DNA of 64,000 bases. Origin: Pocillopora damicornis. Taxonomy: Eukaryota. Numbering within the stretch: the stretch's first letter is position 1; each line of letters opens with the position of its first letter. Location: the NCBI RefSeq assembly GCF_003704095.1, contig NW_020843934.1, positions 124,001 to 188,000 on the forward strand, written 5' to 3'. A program made the translations under genes and the position numbers. Below are positions 63,843 through 64,000 of the stretch, piece by piece. Under the pieces are notes generated by a model. That model was not told where the DNA came from. It was given only the letters and a program-made list of their open reading frames with translations, and searched no databases.

Positions 63843-64000
63843 GTACCCCCAATTCTATTCACTTCAAGACTTTCAGAATCTGCACTTCCGGTTATCAGAT
63901 GTGAAAACTAGAATTTTGACCATTCGGATTTCTACGTTTCACGACTGCAGTCTATTTGTGTATGTATTGTGTTCTTCCAAATGAGGTAATTTATCTCCAA

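Overview
Eukaryotic, AT-rich, intron-rich animal DNA with seven assembly gaps (about 2476-2521, 9204-9303, 9475-9991, 16889-17091, 19046-19146, 21642-21741, 41585-41684). Gene content and repeat types suggest a cnidarian, probably a stony coral (inference). Left half: coding exons 1-5 of synapsin run on the minus strand (31227 to 28088). Its intron 5 continues past the window start and hosts an array of two-exon TIMP genes with four distinct types, two of them present as partly duplicated or inverted copies. This is the same intron that hosts TIMP1/3/4 in vertebrate SYN1/3/2. The TIMPs differ sharply in the N-terminal metalloprotease-binding segment. One has lost the whole inhibitory wedge and both of its disulfide pairs, one probably has a Leu-Pro extension before Cys1, one starts CTC/CSC, and one starts CWC. 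The 7.5-21.8 kb segment is a mosaic of inverted and direct near-identical copies bounded by gaps, most likely co-assembled haplotypes, possibly with a real rearrangement. Right half: a divergently oriented multi-exon single-RRM gene (about 34.2-47.0 kb) carries an intronless antisense BEN-domain gene in the intron that splits its RNP1 motif. Two tandem MFSD12-like transporter genes follow (one complete, one running off the window end). Dispersed repeats include TTAA-flanked MITEs, LINE 3' ends, a Penelope remnant, hammerhead-like motifs and a 92-bp minisatellite. All exon coordinates were read by hand from GT-AG sites and reading phase.
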